From sequence record PP496440.1: DNA of 64,000 bases; one strand, written 5' to 3'. The translations under genes and the position numbers were made by a program. Numbering within the stretch: position 1 is the stretch's first letter; the number at the start of each line of letters is the position of its first letter. The notes beneath the pieces are model-generated. The model made no database searches. It worked only from the letters and a program-made list of their open reading frames with translations, and was not told the origin of the DNA. Shown here piece after piece: positions 51,736 to 61,928 of the stretch.

Positions 51736-54700
51736 TTGAAGAGGGTAACCTGTGTGTTAATATCCAGAGCGTCATTAGAGAAGTTTGATTTCGGAAGTCT
51801 GTTTGATGATCACGTCAACAACGTCGGCAAACCGTACAAGGTACAGTCAGTAAGATCCACCGATTGGTTCCAGTCCAAGGAACGTCTGCTGGTGATCATG
51901 GGTCGTCCCAACTACCGGGATGCCAAAGACGAAGTGCGCTGCATGATGGGCGCAGATGAAACCCGCATGGTGTTCGATAACCTGCTGGACTTGGCTGCGT
52001 CCAACGCTGAGGTTTATGCGAAGAAGGCAGGAATCAAGCTACGGTCCCGTAACAAGCACGCGATCATGGTCACCAACTTCCAGATTGCTGACCTGAGTTC
52101 AGCGTCGGAGGAAACAGAGTCCATCGCCAACCACGCGGCAGCTAACCGCGTCTCCATGCTGATCCATGTGACCAAACCCACCAAGGTACTGATCGTCGGG
52201 CTGTACGCCGAGTCGTACCTGATGGAACGCTCGGGCATCGAGTACCCGGCCAAGAAGCGCGGCAACCCGCATCAGGTTGAGTTCAAGGTTGAGTTCAAGC
52301 CCAACGAGAAAGAACTCAAGCGCATGCAGTCACTGGAAAAGATGCGCTCTAAGGCTTTGGTACGGGAACTGGAGAGCAACGAGTATCACCCATGGGTAAA
52401 CTTCTTCCTTGAGGAAGTGGCGCACGAAGGTGCCAAGCTGGCTGACTTCGCCAAGAAGGGTGGCACGTACTCGCTGAGCAACACGGTCCAGACGTTCTCC
52501 ACTATCGACTATGACCGGGCGTTCACCAGTGGTTCCGGCGAGAGCGACCTCGATGATGACGCGGTGGTAGAAGCCAACCTGCTCGGGTACGTGAGCCGGA
52601 ACATCGCTAACTGCCTGCTGGGCTGCAATCCATTCAGCCTGCGTCATCTGTTCAGTGAGAAGCAACCGTCCGGGCCAAAGGGTAAGCCCACGATTCAGTG
52701 CCACTATGTCGATACGCTGAAGAAGTTCGACACCCTGTGGGATAAAGTGATGGAAGCGGACCTGGTGTCCCTCGACGTTGAGACGACCGGCTTCTACCCG
52801 CACACTAACCGGTTGCTGTCACTTCAGGTAGCCACTCGTAAGGAGGAAGGTTTCTTCGTTCCGCTCTATCACAAGGACACCCCGTTCACCAAGAAGGAAC
52901 TGGAGCACATCCGTCTGCGCGTCAAAGCGTTGCTGGAACTCAAGGTTACCTATCACAAGAACCAGCGCCGCAAGCGCATGATGCTCGGCCAGAACTTCGG
53001 CTTCGACAAGAAGTGGCTGATGCACTGGTGCGACGTACGCTATCTGTACTGGCCGGTGTGGGACACTATCGCCGGTGAGTTCTGCCTCGACGACAACCTC
53101 AAGGGTCTGGTGGGTAAAGCCCTCGGCTACAAGTACACCCCGTTCTCGTTGGACTCCATTGTGGCGTCGTACGAGAACTACCACTATTTGGAATCGGAGT
53201 TCGGTAAGGAAGATCGGACGACCATTGAACATGTCAAGTTCGGTCCAGGTGAACCAGTGGTAACCTATGGTTGCATGGACGTTGTCTTCCCCATCGCCGC
53301 CATGGAACAGCAACTGAACCGTGCAGAGTGTGAGCACTGGCCGACCGGTAACTACCGGGACACTCTGTTCAACTTCATGTTGGCTCAGATGTCGAACATG
53401 ATCAAGGTGCAGTCGGGTATGTCGCACCGAGGCATCATGATGGACCAAGGTTACATGGAGTTCCAGCTGAGCGAAGAGGGTGTGTTCGCCAAGGACGTGG
53501 AACGCCTGACCCGCGAGTTGTACGCATCCAAGAATGTGAAGAAAGCGTCCGAGATGCTACGGGGCAAGAAGGGTATCCCCCAAGGTTCCCTATTCGGCAA
53601 TGCGGGCGGCGGTGGTGACGCTGCAGGTTTCAACCATGCCAAGCAGGAACACTTGGAGATACTGTTCTTCGACGTGCTCAAGCTGGCACCGGTCAACGTC
53701 AAGAAGGAGACCGATAAGCGCTCGCTGGACGATGACTTCAAGAAGGCGTACAAAGCCGTACCAGAGGTTGCGTGCTGGGCGCAGATGGGTAAGATGCAGC
53801 GGTTGCTCGATACGTTCATTCGCGCCATCTACAACCACATGAACAACGACCCAGACTATTCGGTGCACAACAGGCTCCATCCCGGCTACGGGTTCAAGGA
53901 GGTTGTGACCGGTCGATCCAACAGTAGCAAGCCGTCGCTCCAGCAGATCCCGGTGCACAGTGCCGAGGCCAAGTACGTCAAGCGGCAGTTCGTGGCCCCG
54001 ATGTGGACCTTGTTCGATGACGCTGACTATAGCTCTCACGAGGTTCGCTGCGCGGGTATCACGGCGTTCGACGAAGCTTCATGCTCGGGCTTCCGCAAGA
54101 TTCACAACATCGTACTGGATCACAGGCTGTATCCATCGAAGGACAACAAGATCGTCCTGCTCACGGCGGGCGACAGCCACAAGCAGAACTACTCCCGCTT
54201 CACCGGTCTGGATATCAAGGAATGGATCACCTTCGACTTGACCGAGGAAGGCAAGAAGAAGGCAAAGGCACTGCGACAAATCGCCAAGACCATCGTGTTC
54301 GGTGCGATCTATGGTAAGTCGGCACCCTCGCTGGCTGCAGAGCTGGGTATCAGCGTCGAGGAAGCAGAAGAGCTGCTGTTCAACTTCTTCAAGGAGTTCG
54401 CGGATCTCAAGGACTGGCTGGAGTGGACCAAAGACTATTCCAACAAGCACTTGTACACCTTCGGCCCACACGGTCGCAAGCGTCGTCTGTTCGGCTACAT
54501 CACCGGTATCAAGCGTACTCAGTCTGCGATGGAACGTCGTGCGCAGAACTCGCCAATTCAAGGCTTCGCATCGGACGTTATGTTCGACGCCGCCGAGATG
54601 TATGCGCAAAAGCAGCATGAGGTGTACGCACTGATCGAAGCCAACCGTAGCCTGCGCAAGATGCTGAGCAAGGAGCTGGAGATTGTCAATCAGTTCCCTA

Positions 54701-55161
54701 CTGGCGCCAACGTTCTGGTTCACGACTCCAGCAAGTCAGAGTCGCCGTTCAACTTCCTGCTGATGAACATGCACATCAAAGAGTGGTGTATGACCACGGG
54801 CGTCCAGAACTATCTTGAGTCCAACTTTGATATGCAGTTCTTGACCCCGTTCGGTATCGACTTCGACATCGGCGCATCGTGGGCAGACATGGAAGGCTGG
54901 GACTTCAACCCGACCACCCTGATCGGACCTCAGCCCACGGACAAAGATGGTAAGCCGGGTATGGGCATCATTGAGACGGCACTGGAGAACAGCCAGAAGA
55001 TTCACAACTACTCGTTCAACACCGACAAGGTAGCGCAAGGTATGTTCACCAGCTACCACATGCTGCGAGACGAGCTGAAGCTGGATGAACTCTTCCCGTT
55101 GAACATGAAGTATTGCGTGGACAAGGACTGGCAGGTGCCTACTCCGAAACTTCCAAAGTGA
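51736..55161 (+). CDS. polA: Family A DNA polymerase with 3'-5' exonuclease and an N-terminal accessory domain
   Basis: Exonuclease motifs LDVETTG, QNFGFD and YGCMD; polymerase motifs DADYSSHEVR, R.IAKTIVFGAIYG and VHDS. The exact start (TTG 51736 or GTG 51754) is uncertain. Confidence 0.95.
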   Translation: MKRVTCVLISRASLEKFDFGSLFDDHVNNVGKPYKVQSVRSTDWFQSKERLLVIMGRPNYRDAKDEVRCMMGADETRMVFDNLLDLAASNAEVYAKKAGIKLRSRNKHAIMVTNFQIADLSSASEETESIANHAAANRVSMLIHVTKPTKVLIVGLYAESYLMERSGIEYPAKKRGNPHQVEFKVEFKPNEKELKRMQSLEKMRSKALVRELESNEYHPWVNFFLEEVAHEGAKLADFAKKGGTYSLSNTVQTFSTIDYDRAFTSGSGESDLDDDAVVEANLLGYVSRNIANCLLGCNPFSLRHLFSEKQPSGPKGKPTIQCHYVDTLKKFDTLWDKVMEADLVSLDVETTGFYPHTNRLLSLQVATRKEEGFFVPLYHKDTPFTKKELEHIRLRVKALLELKVTYHKNQRRKRMMLGQNFGFDKKWLMHWCDVRYLYWPVWDTIAGEFCLDDNLKGLVGKALGYKYTPFSLDSIVASYENYHYLESEFGKEDRTTIEHVKFGPGEPVVTYGCMDVVFPIAAMEQQLNRAECEHWPTGNYRDTLFNFMLAQMSNMIKVQSGMSHRGIMMDQGYMEFQLSEEGVFAKDVERLTRELYASKNVKKASEMLRGKKGIPQGSLFGNAGGGGDAAGFNHAKQEHLEILFFDVLKLAPVNVKKETDKRSLDDDFKKAYKAVPEVACWAQMGKMQRLLDTFIRAIYNHMNNDPDYSVHNRLHPGYGFKEVVTGRSNSSKPSLQQIPVHSAEAKYVKRQFVAPMWTLFDDADYSSHEVRCAGITAFDEASCSGFRKIHNIVLDHRLYPSKDNKIVLLTAGDSHKQNYSRFTGLDIKEWITFDLTEEGKKKAKALRQIAKTIVFGAIYGKSAPSLAAELGISVEEAEELLFNFFKEFADLKDWLEWTKDYSNKHLYTFGPHGRKRRLFGYITGIKRTQSAMERRAQNSPIQGFASDVMFDAAEMYAQKQHEVYALIEANRSLRKMLSKELEIVNQFPTGANVLVHDSSKSESPFNFLLMNMHIKEWCMTTGVQNYLESNFDMQFLTPFGIDFDIGASWADMEGWDFNPTTLIGPQPTDKDGKPGMGIIETALENSQKIHNYSFNTDKVAQGMFTSYHMLRDELKLDELFPLNMKYCVDKDWQVPTPKLPK

Positions 55162-55168
55162 GACAACC

Positions 55169-55420
55169 ATGACTCAGATTACCAAGACGGACTTCGAGCA
55201 GGATCTGCTGCTGCTCTACGATTTCGTCAAGACAACGCAGGACAGCGAAAGCGCGTCTTCCGTATGGGACAGCTTCCGTTACGCCTATCTTCGTCTAATC
55301 CTCCTGAAGGGTATGACATTGCCACCGGCCACGAACTGGACCGAGCAGGGGATCGACAGCGCAGTTGATCTGCAGCTGGAAAGGATCCTCGGCGTGTACC
55401 GGCCACCAAAGGAGGCGTGA
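55169..55420 (+). CDS. Hypothetical protein
   Basis: 83 aa. Confidence 0.65.
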   Translation: MTQITKTDFEQDLLLLYDFVKTTQDSESASSVWDSFRYAYLRLILLKGMTLPPATNWTEQGIDSAVDLQLERILGVYRPPKEA

Positions 55421-55424
55421 CGCC

Positions 55425-55751
55425 ATGATAGGTAACGGACAAGCCTTCAATGTAAGTCAGGAACTTAAAGACGCTACTTCCAAGTACCTAGCTAGCCGGG
55501 GTCACGGCACGTCGCAAGACTGTGAGACTTCGTGGGGTGTGATGCGCTACGAGTTCCTCAAGGCTCAAGTAAAGTTCGAAGGGGAGGCACTAATAACGGA
55601 GATTACCCCGAATACCCGGATGCATCGGGGTGCCAACTTCTGGTACGACTTGACGATGCGTATTCCCGCAGCTCACCCCGGTGAGACGATTGATGACGCT
55701 ATTGACCTGTGGCTGGAAACGCTGCTAGACGTCAAGCGACCGGGTAAATAG
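55425..55751 (+). CDS. Hypothetical protein
   Basis: Start MIGNGQ at 55425 with GGAGG RBS. Confidence 0.65.
   Translation: MIGNGQAFNVSQELKDATSKYLASRGHGTSQDCETSWGVMRYEFLKAQVKFEGEALITEITPNTRMHRGANFWYDLTMRIPAAHPGETIDDAIDLWLETLLDVKRPGK
55742..55751 (+). promoter_or_regulatory. GTAAAT-type promoter motif
   Basis: GGGTAAATAG about 39 nt upstream of queE; the following GCCGGTGACT is nearly identical to the 25531 copy (GCCGGTAACT). Confidence 0.55.
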
Positions 55752-55789
55752 CCGGTGACTAACTACGTATCTATAGGGATACCGCAAAC

Positions 55790-56761
55790 ATGAAAGATAT
55801 GCGCTATACCGAACTGTTCTATTCCCTCCAAGGTGAGGGGTTGCGCGTTGGGGTGCCTTCGGTATTCTTCCGCATGTTCGGTTGCAACTTCGAGTGCAAG
55901 GGATTCTCCAATCCTGAAATGAAAGATCCCAACGTGATCCCGGCCATCAATCTGCTGGCGATCAACGACGCCGATCTGGAACTGGGCTGTGACTCTCGTT
56001 ACAGCTGGCACAAGGACTATCGCAACCTGGCCATCAAAGCTGCTCCCCATGAGGTGGCCAACACTTTGATCGACTTCACGAAAGAGAAGCACTTGGCGGC
56101 GGTGGCTCGCTGGCCCAAGCGCAATCGAGCAGGTAATGTCGTCCGCTTGATCCCCGGACTTCCTATAGATGGAGTCCTTCAGATTGCTACGCTGGCGCAC
56201 ATACCAGACTGGGTGTTCACCGGCGGCGAACCGTTCATGCAGCAAGAGCAGCTGGAAGGTCTGCTGCGTCACGCCATGTACGTTGTGGAAGAGGAGGACG
56301 TTAACTTTGGCCTGCTTGGCCTGCCGATGCTGACTTTCGAGACCAACGCCAGTATTTCGATGAGAGACTCCATGCTGGATTGTCTCAAAGATTACAACGA
56401 TGGCTTCGGCGACGTGCACTTCTCTAACAGCCCCAAGCTGTCATTCACGGGAGAGCATCGCAACGCGGCTCTGAAGCCCTACGTTATCGAGCAACAATGC
56501 TCTATCGGGGGCTCCAGTTCGTTCAAATTCGTGGTGCGCCCTGCTCGCGAAGACTTCGATGAGCTGATGGAGTTCATGCAAGAGTATCAACCCTACATGG
56601 ATGAAGGTAGTATCGAGAACATATACGTCATGCCGGTCGGCGCCAGCTTGCACCAGCAACAAGCCATCGCCACGCAGGTTGCGGAGCTGGCACTGGAATA
56701 CGGACTGTCCTACAGCCCACGGCTCCAGTGTGACCTGTGGGCCAACAAGATAGGGACGTAA
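55790..56761 (+). CDS. queE: 7-carboxy-7-deazaguanine synthase (radical SAM)
   Basis: ELFYSLQGEG...PSVFFRMFGCNFEC...CDS, VFTGGEPF, FETN, SPKL, FKFVV, and PRLQ. Confidence 0.9.
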   Translation: MKDMRYTELFYSLQGEGLRVGVPSVFFRMFGCNFECKGFSNPEMKDPNVIPAINLLAINDADLELGCDSRYSWHKDYRNLAIKAAPHEVANTLIDFTKEKHLAAVARWPKRNRAGNVVRLIPGLPIDGVLQIATLAHIPDWVFTGGEPFMQQEQLEGLLRHAMYVVEEEDVNFGLLGLPMLTFETNASISMRDSMLDCLKDYNDGFGDVHFSNSPKLSFTGEHRNAALKPYVIEQQCSIGGSSSFKFVVRPAREDFDELMEFMQEYQPYMDEGSIENIYVMPVGASLHQQQAIATQVAELALEYGLSYSPRLQCDLWANKIGT

Positions 56762-56763
56762 CC

Positions 56764-57108
56764 ATGGATTCCTTTCAAGAGTGGTTCGTTTACGACGTGA
56801 TGTTCTGGGTGACGATAGGCTTTATGCTGCTAGTTGTCTTGATCATCATGCTGGTGACGATTGTGTTGATTAAGGTGGATCAGCACATGGTAAATAAAGG
56901 TTACTGGAGTGTGCCACGACATCGAGGTGACTCGGCCTTCCTGTGGTTCCACATCACCATGACAGCAACCTTCTTTAGCCTTGTCATCACTTCTATCCTC
57001 GACTCCAAGCCCCTACTCATTATCGGAACCTTAGTGTACTGCGCTATCTCGATATACGCGCTTATCATCAGGTTCCCCACGAATACCAACAAGGACACCC
57101 CGCAATGA
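56764..57108 (+). CDS. Membrane protein
   Basis: Three hydrophobic helices; ATG 56764. Confidence 0.7.
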   Translation: MDSFQEWFVYDVMFWVTIGFMLLVVLIIMLVTIVLIKVDQHMVNKGYWSVPRHRGDSAFLWFHITMTATFFSLVITSILDSKPLLIIGTLVYCAISIYALIIRFPTNTNKDTPQ

Positions 57109-58331
57109 CGATCAAAGACCGTAAACGCCGTGAGAAGCGCAGCAACCGCGACAGCCGACTGGTTAAGTCTGCCAAGTCCCGCACCTCCAGCTGGAAATTG
57201 CACATCAACCCCGGCACGCTGGTCAAGAGCATGCAGAACGCCCTGACCATGACCAAGAGTGAGCACGTGCTGCTGACCGTCGAGACGTCGCCGGAGGGTA
57301 ATGCCCAGATCGTCATCGTCGCCACGGGTAACGACGTGCAATTCAAGCAGGTGGTAGTTGGCACCATCGATCAGCTCGGCCCAGAGCCGGGGCTGGGGCT
57401 GGACGTCAATGTTCTTACCGGTATCGCCCGTGGCCGGAAAGAGATGTGCCTGTTTACCGAGCCAGATGACACCCGCATCCACTTCTCGTCGAAGGGCGCC
57501 AATGGCCGGGCCTACTCCGGAGATGTGTGTTCGGTCCCTGATATCGCCTTCGCCGTGGACAGCATCGCCCCGAGTAAAGACGATGTGATCCTCGATCAGA
57601 GCATCCGTACCGCGCTACAGACGGCCGTAAACCGTGTGGGACTGACCGACGTGGTGGAAGGCAAGGAACTAGACCTGTGGGTACAAGCCAACATGAAGGG
57701 CTTGACCGTGGCGTGCTTCGACACTCTGCACGTAGCAACCCTGCATTTCTCCGAACTCAAGGTTAAGCGTGACTTCAACCTTAACTTGCCGCTGTCCACG
57801 TTCACTACCATTCAAGGCCTTACCGAGAGCGGTGAGTTCACCATCGGCATTGCAGACAACACCATCACGGCGTATAGCGACGAGTTCTTCGTGAGCATGC
57901 CACTGCTGCAAGAGACGGCGCGTACCCAATCGCTGGCCGACGTGTTGAGCCTGCTGCAAACCATCACCAGCAACGGCAGTCCGGAAGCCAGCTTCACGTG
58001 TTCGGTGGAAGATCTGAACACCGCGCTAGGCTCGACCAACGCGGTCTTTGAAACGGGTGCCAAGACCCGACTGACCGTCGAGAAGAAAACCGGGGTAACG
58101 ATCAACATCAAGACCAGCTACGGTCAAGTAAATGACCAAGTGGCGAACGACAACTTCACAGGCAGCGGCGAGTTTGTAATCTCGCAACCGTTGCTGGAAG
58201 ATATCCTGCGGGTGTACAGCGACGACAAGATCACCCTCAAGCTGTATAACGATAAGCCGGCCTCGCTGCTGTCGGCCACGGGTAAGGTAAAGGACTATAC
58301 CTATACCTACATCGCACTGTTGATGGATTGA
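57105..58331 (+). CDS. dnaN: DNA polymerase sliding clamp (beta-clamp-like)
   Basis: 408 aa with a three-domain alternating beta/alpha pattern (for example VVATGNDV, VACFDTLHVA); located in the replication operon. Confidence 0.6.
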   Translation: MTIKDRKRREKRSNRDSRLVKSAKSRTSSWKLHINPGTLVKSMQNALTMTKSEHVLLTVETSPEGNAQIVIVATGNDVQFKQVVVGTIDQLGPEPGLGLDVNVLTGIARGRKEMCLFTEPDDTRIHFSSKGANGRAYSGDVCSVPDIAFAVDSIAPSKDDVILDQSIRTALQTAVNRVGLTDVVEGKELDLWVQANMKGLTVACFDTLHVATLHFSELKVKRDFNLNLPLSTFTTIQGLTESGEFTIGIADNTITAYSDEFFVSMPLLQETARTQSLADVLSLLQTITSNGSPEASFTCSVEDLNTALGSTNAVFETGAKTRLTVEKKTGVTINIKTSYGQVNDQVANDNFTGSGEFVISQPLLEDILRVYSDDKITLKLYNDKPASLLSATGKVKDYTYTYIALLMD

Positions 58332-58720
58332 TGAAACCCTCGGACATCAAGCACATACCGTTGCATACGTTCGTCAAGGTGGGAGTGGCCGAATACCTGT
58401 TCCTGAACCGCAGCGCAGTTTCAGGTATCAAGCTGACCACCACCAAGATGGCGTTGGATGAGATTCCGAGCATCCATGTCCACGAGATTACCATGGGTAA
58501 AGACGGCATCCACGTAGGGTATCTGTTCAAGACACCCAAGCGAGTTGCCCACTCGGCGAAGTCGCTGATCTTCGCCCCCGCTATTTCCATAGATGCAGCC
58601 AAGCGGTGTGAGGCTGTGTTCCAAGAATTCTTTGTCGGCTTAGACTGCTGGGTGACTTCCGAAGGGGGTACGTTGTTCAACGCCCAGAAGTACGATGCCT
58701 CATTACTCAAACCATTATAA
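58331..58720 (+). CDS. Hypothetical protein
   Basis: ATG overlaps the upstream TGA. Confidence 0.7.
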   Translation: MKPSDIKHIPLHTFVKVGVAEYLFLNRSAVSGIKLTTTKMALDEIPSIHVHEITMGKDGIHVGYLFKTPKRVAHSAKSLIFAPAISIDAAKRCEAVFQEFFVGLDCWVTSEGGTLFNAQKYDASLLKPL

Positions 58721-58729
58721 GGGCCTACC

Positions 58730-59470
58730 ATGGCTATTGATGCACATAAGTATCCGTTGTTGGCGGCGGCTCAAGACCGACTCATCGAGTCTGGTCAGCG
58801 CTATTTTGCGAATGACAATATCCATCCGGTATTTGAATACCTGGACAACATGGCATTGCCTATGCCAGTCGGGGCTCAGACACTGGAGCAGATGAAGGAG
58901 GCTGTTCAAGAGAAGTACGGCGAGCTGCTGGAACTCCTCTTGATCGATTGGGCTGCGGATCATAACTCCGAAGGTACCCCGCGCCGTGTCGCCAAGATGC
59001 TGGTAGAGGAAACCTACAAGGGTCGCTATCAGCCGACGCCGAAGATCACCGCGTTCCCCAACGACAGCAAGCGTACCCAGATGATCGTGATCGGGCCGCT
59101 GCGCGTTGAGAGCCAGTGCAGCCATCACCATCAGAACATCCGGGGATGGGCATGGGTCGGTGTTATGCCGTCGGAAGATGGTACACTGATCGGTCTGTCG
59201 AAGTTCAGCCGCCTACTTGATCATATCTGCCGCCGTCCTCAGATCCAAGAGGAAATGGTTGCTCAGGTGTGTCACCAGTTGAACGATCTGGTCAAGGACA
59301 ACCTCGGTGTCGCGGTCGTGATCAACGCAGAGCACCAGTGCATGGCCGTTCGGGGCGTGCAAGAGCCGTGTGCCCAAACCGTTACGTCGGAGATGCTGGG
59401 TGCGTTCCTCGAACCTGGTGTTCGTCAGGAGTTCCTGACCTACGTGCAAATGAACCCAGCTCCATGCTAA
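58730..59470 (+). CDS. folE: GTP cyclohydrolase I
   Basis: TPRRVAKM, SQCSHH, IGLSKF.R....RRPQIQE, and AEHQCM..RGV. Confidence 0.95.
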   Translation: MAIDAHKYPLLAAAQDRLIESGQRYFANDNIHPVFEYLDNMALPMPVGAQTLEQMKEAVQEKYGELLELLLIDWAADHNSEGTPRRVAKMLVEETYKGRYQPTPKITAFPNDSKRTQMIVIGPLRVESQCSHHHQNIRGWAWVGVMPSEDGTLIGLSKFSRLLDHICRRPQIQEEMVAQVCHQLNDLVKDNLGVAVVINAEHQCMAVRGVQEPCAQTVTSEMLGAFLEPGVRQEFLTYVQMNPAPC

Positions 59471-59479
59471 GGTGACATC

Positions 59480-60061
59480 ATGGCAGTCAAGTCCACACCA
59501 AAGAAACCGGAGAAGCCACCCAAGACGGATCGGGTAGCTCGGGGCTTCTCCGCAAAGACTGAAGATCCATACAAGGATATCAACTACGTATCCCTTGGCA
59601 AGATCATGAAGTCAGTGCGTATCGATCCCGATAAGATGAAGGTGGAAATCCGCCGCATCCACAAGGATCGAAGCTCTCGCAAGCTGACCAGTATCAACGT
59701 GACAGGTGATGAGCTGTCCACAACGGGACGCCGGGATAACTCTCGCCGGTCCCGACTGGTGGAGATTGCCAGTGACTGCCGTGAAGCGCGCAACGAAGTG
59801 GCTAAGGCCTACGACGCCGTGCACATGCACATCGCGGTCACCTACGGCAAGACGTACTTCACGGAGTTCAAGGCCATCGCATCGCTCAACTCGGCGGTGT
59901 ACAACATGGAGAACTTCGTGAAGGCAGCTGACCTGCTGGGGACGCTGGACTCGGTTATCCAGATGGCAACCTTCGCCATCGAGGACATCGACAAGTCTGG
60001 TATGAACCTGACCATGGCATTGAAAGCGCTTGAACTTAAAGCGCGAGGGAAGGACTTCTAA
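59480..60061 (+). CDS. Hypothetical helical protein upstream of the helicase
   Basis: 193 aa; its position would fit a recombination mediator, but this is unproven. Confidence 0.7.
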   Translation: MAVKSTPKKPEKPPKTDRVARGFSAKTEDPYKDINYVSLGKIMKSVRIDPDKMKVEIRRIHKDRSSRKLTSINVTGDELSTTGRRDNSRRSRLVEIASDCREARNEVAKAYDAVHMHIAVTYGKTYFTEFKAIASLNSAVYNMENFVKAADLLGTLDSVIQMATFAIEDIDKSGMNLTMALKALELKARGKDF

Positions 60062-61650
60062 TGAGGCGTACTCGGCGGCGGGTGTTCAAGCCGTTCATTG
60101 AGTGCAATGCCATCTGGCTGCCGAAAAGCCAGGTGTACATGAGCACCGTGAAGCGGCTCTTCACGTTGGAGCTGGAGGACAAGCAAGTCAAGTCCAAGAA
60201 GCGTGAAGACCGGATGTACGAAGTGCAGGTGTTCCGTACGAGGAACTGGCACGGGGAGGAGATCGTCGGCCTGCCACTGGGTGACAAGAAGCGTGTGCGT
60301 CAATGTCTGATGGACAAGCACGCGGTCAACGACGCGATAGATATGCGTCCGAAGTTCGACGATGTAAGAATCAAGGCGTGCTCAACCAGTATCGTGCTGC
60401 GGGACTACCAAGATCCCGCCGTTCGCACCTTCACGACAAAGGAAATGGTCAGCGGCGTACTGCGTGCACGCCCTCGTTCCGGCAAGACGGTGATGGGTGT
60501 CGAGATCGCCATCCGTAACCGGGTGAAGACTCTGGTGCTGGTTCACCAGTCCGATCTGCTCAAGCAGTTCAAGCGTGACACCTTCGACGCACTGACTGCT
60601 GCGGGTATGCGTTCCAAGATCTGCAAGACGTGGAAAGACTTTCGGGAAACCGATTTCTGTCTGGCCACGTATCAGTCGTTCCTGAGTCCCGGCGGCAAGA
60701 AGCTGCTGCGCCGGATCGCGAACATGTTCGGCCTCGTCCTGACCGACGAGATTCACCGGGCGGCGTCCAAGGAATACAACAACGTTCTCTGCCAGCTGAA
60801 CGCACTCCAGTACATCGGTCTGACCGGTACACCGGATCGTAAAGACGGCAAGTACGACATGATCAACGTGTGCGTAGGTCCTATTCGGATCACGTGCAAG
60901 GCTCCGGCACTCAAGCCGAAAGTCCAGATGGTGTACACCGATCTTCCACAGCGGCACTTCGGCGGCAACGGCTGGACCTACATGGTCAAGTATATCGCCA
61001 CCAACAAGGCTCGCAACGAACTGATCGCAGACCATGCGGTCCGGGATATGCTGGCAGGTCATCACGTGGTTATTCCGATCACCATGATCGAACATGGCAA
61101 CCTGTTGGAAGCGCTGATCAGCAAGAAATGGGAGGCTCTTGGCAAGCACTTGCCTGTGGCTGCACGCTTCGATGGACGACTGCAAGGCAACAAGCGTGAC
61201 GCCGTGCTGGACGACATCCGAGACGGTAAATATGGTTGCACCATTGCCATGCGTTCGATGCTCACAGGCGTAAACGTTCCGCGCTGGTCTATGATCTATA
61301 CGGTCATCCCTATTGCCAATGCCCCGACGTACACTCAGGAGGTAACCCGAGTCGGTACTCCAATGGAAGGTAAGAACCGTCCAGTGGTCAAGTGCTTCCT
61401 CGATACCGAGATGACTGCGTGCGTGGCGTGCTTCCGCAAGATGTTCTTTGCGGTCCTCAACATTCGGTCTGACTTCACCGTGTCGTACGGTGTTCTCAAG
61501 TACTTTCACATGTCCGGTCGCACGATTGAGCAGGTGGCGTCAACCCCGGCGTCCAGTGCCCGTGACCCAAGCTATACCAGAAGCTCGCAGGCCATTACCC
61601 GGACAGCCACTGCTCGGGGTGGGAAGATGCGTGGCTTCGGTGGGAGATAG
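60061..61650 (+). CDS. SF2 DEAH-box helicase (UvsW-like)
   Basis: LRDYQ, ARPRSGKT, DEIH, GLTGTPDRKDG, and TGVNVP. Confidence 0.9.
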   Translation: MRRTRRRVFKPFIECNAIWLPKSQVYMSTVKRLFTLELEDKQVKSKKREDRMYEVQVFRTRNWHGEEIVGLPLGDKKRVRQCLMDKHAVNDAIDMRPKFDDVRIKACSTSIVLRDYQDPAVRTFTTKEMVSGVLRARPRSGKTVMGVEIAIRNRVKTLVLVHQSDLLKQFKRDTFDALTAAGMRSKICKTWKDFRETDFCLATYQSFLSPGGKKLLRRIANMFGLVLTDEIHRAASKEYNNVLCQLNALQYIGLTGTPDRKDGKYDMINVCVGPIRITCKAPALKPKVQMVYTDLPQRHFGGNGWTYMVKYIATNKARNELIADHAVRDMLAGHHVVIPITMIEHGNLLEALISKKWEALGKHLPVAARFDGRLQGNKRDAVLDDIRDGKYGCTIAMRSMLTGVNVPRWSMIYTVIPIANAPTYTQEVTRVGTPMEGKNRPVVKCFLDTEMTACVACFRKMFFAVLNIRSDFTVSYGVLKYFHMSGRTIEQVASTPASSARDPSYTRSSQAITRTATARGGKMRGFGGR

Positions 61651-61652
61651 TT

Positions 61653-61916
61653 ATGCGTATGCTCGTTGTCAAAGGTTACAAGGTTGAACGTGACTTAGTG
61701 CAGGTGGGACCCGTTGGTCAAGAGTTCGGAGCTAACGACGTATACGCCTATTCGTCGGGTCATCCCGGAGATAGCAATATCGAAGCCACGATAAAGGCGG
61801 CCGTTGAGACCCTTGGCTTGACCGAAGCCGACATCATCTCGATCAGCATGGTGCCATGGCAGGTTAACGGACGTGATCGCGGCAGCAACGACTATCACAT
61901 CTTCCTTCGGGGATAA
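61653..61916 (+). CDS. Hypothetical protein
   Basis: 87 aa. Confidence 0.65.
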   Translation: MRMLVVKGYKVERDLVQVGPVGQEFGANDVYAYSSGHPGDSNIEATIKAAVETLGLTEADIISISMVPWQVNGRDRGSNDYHIFLRG

Positions 61917-61928
61917 GGAAAGCAGGCC

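Noticed and set aside
51720-51788. Short ORF (MKVPVFEEGNL...) overlapping the polA start, a possible leader or frameshift
   Set aside because: Only 22 codons and out of frame with polA, which has its own plausible TTG/GTG start and RBS; no slippery site is evident
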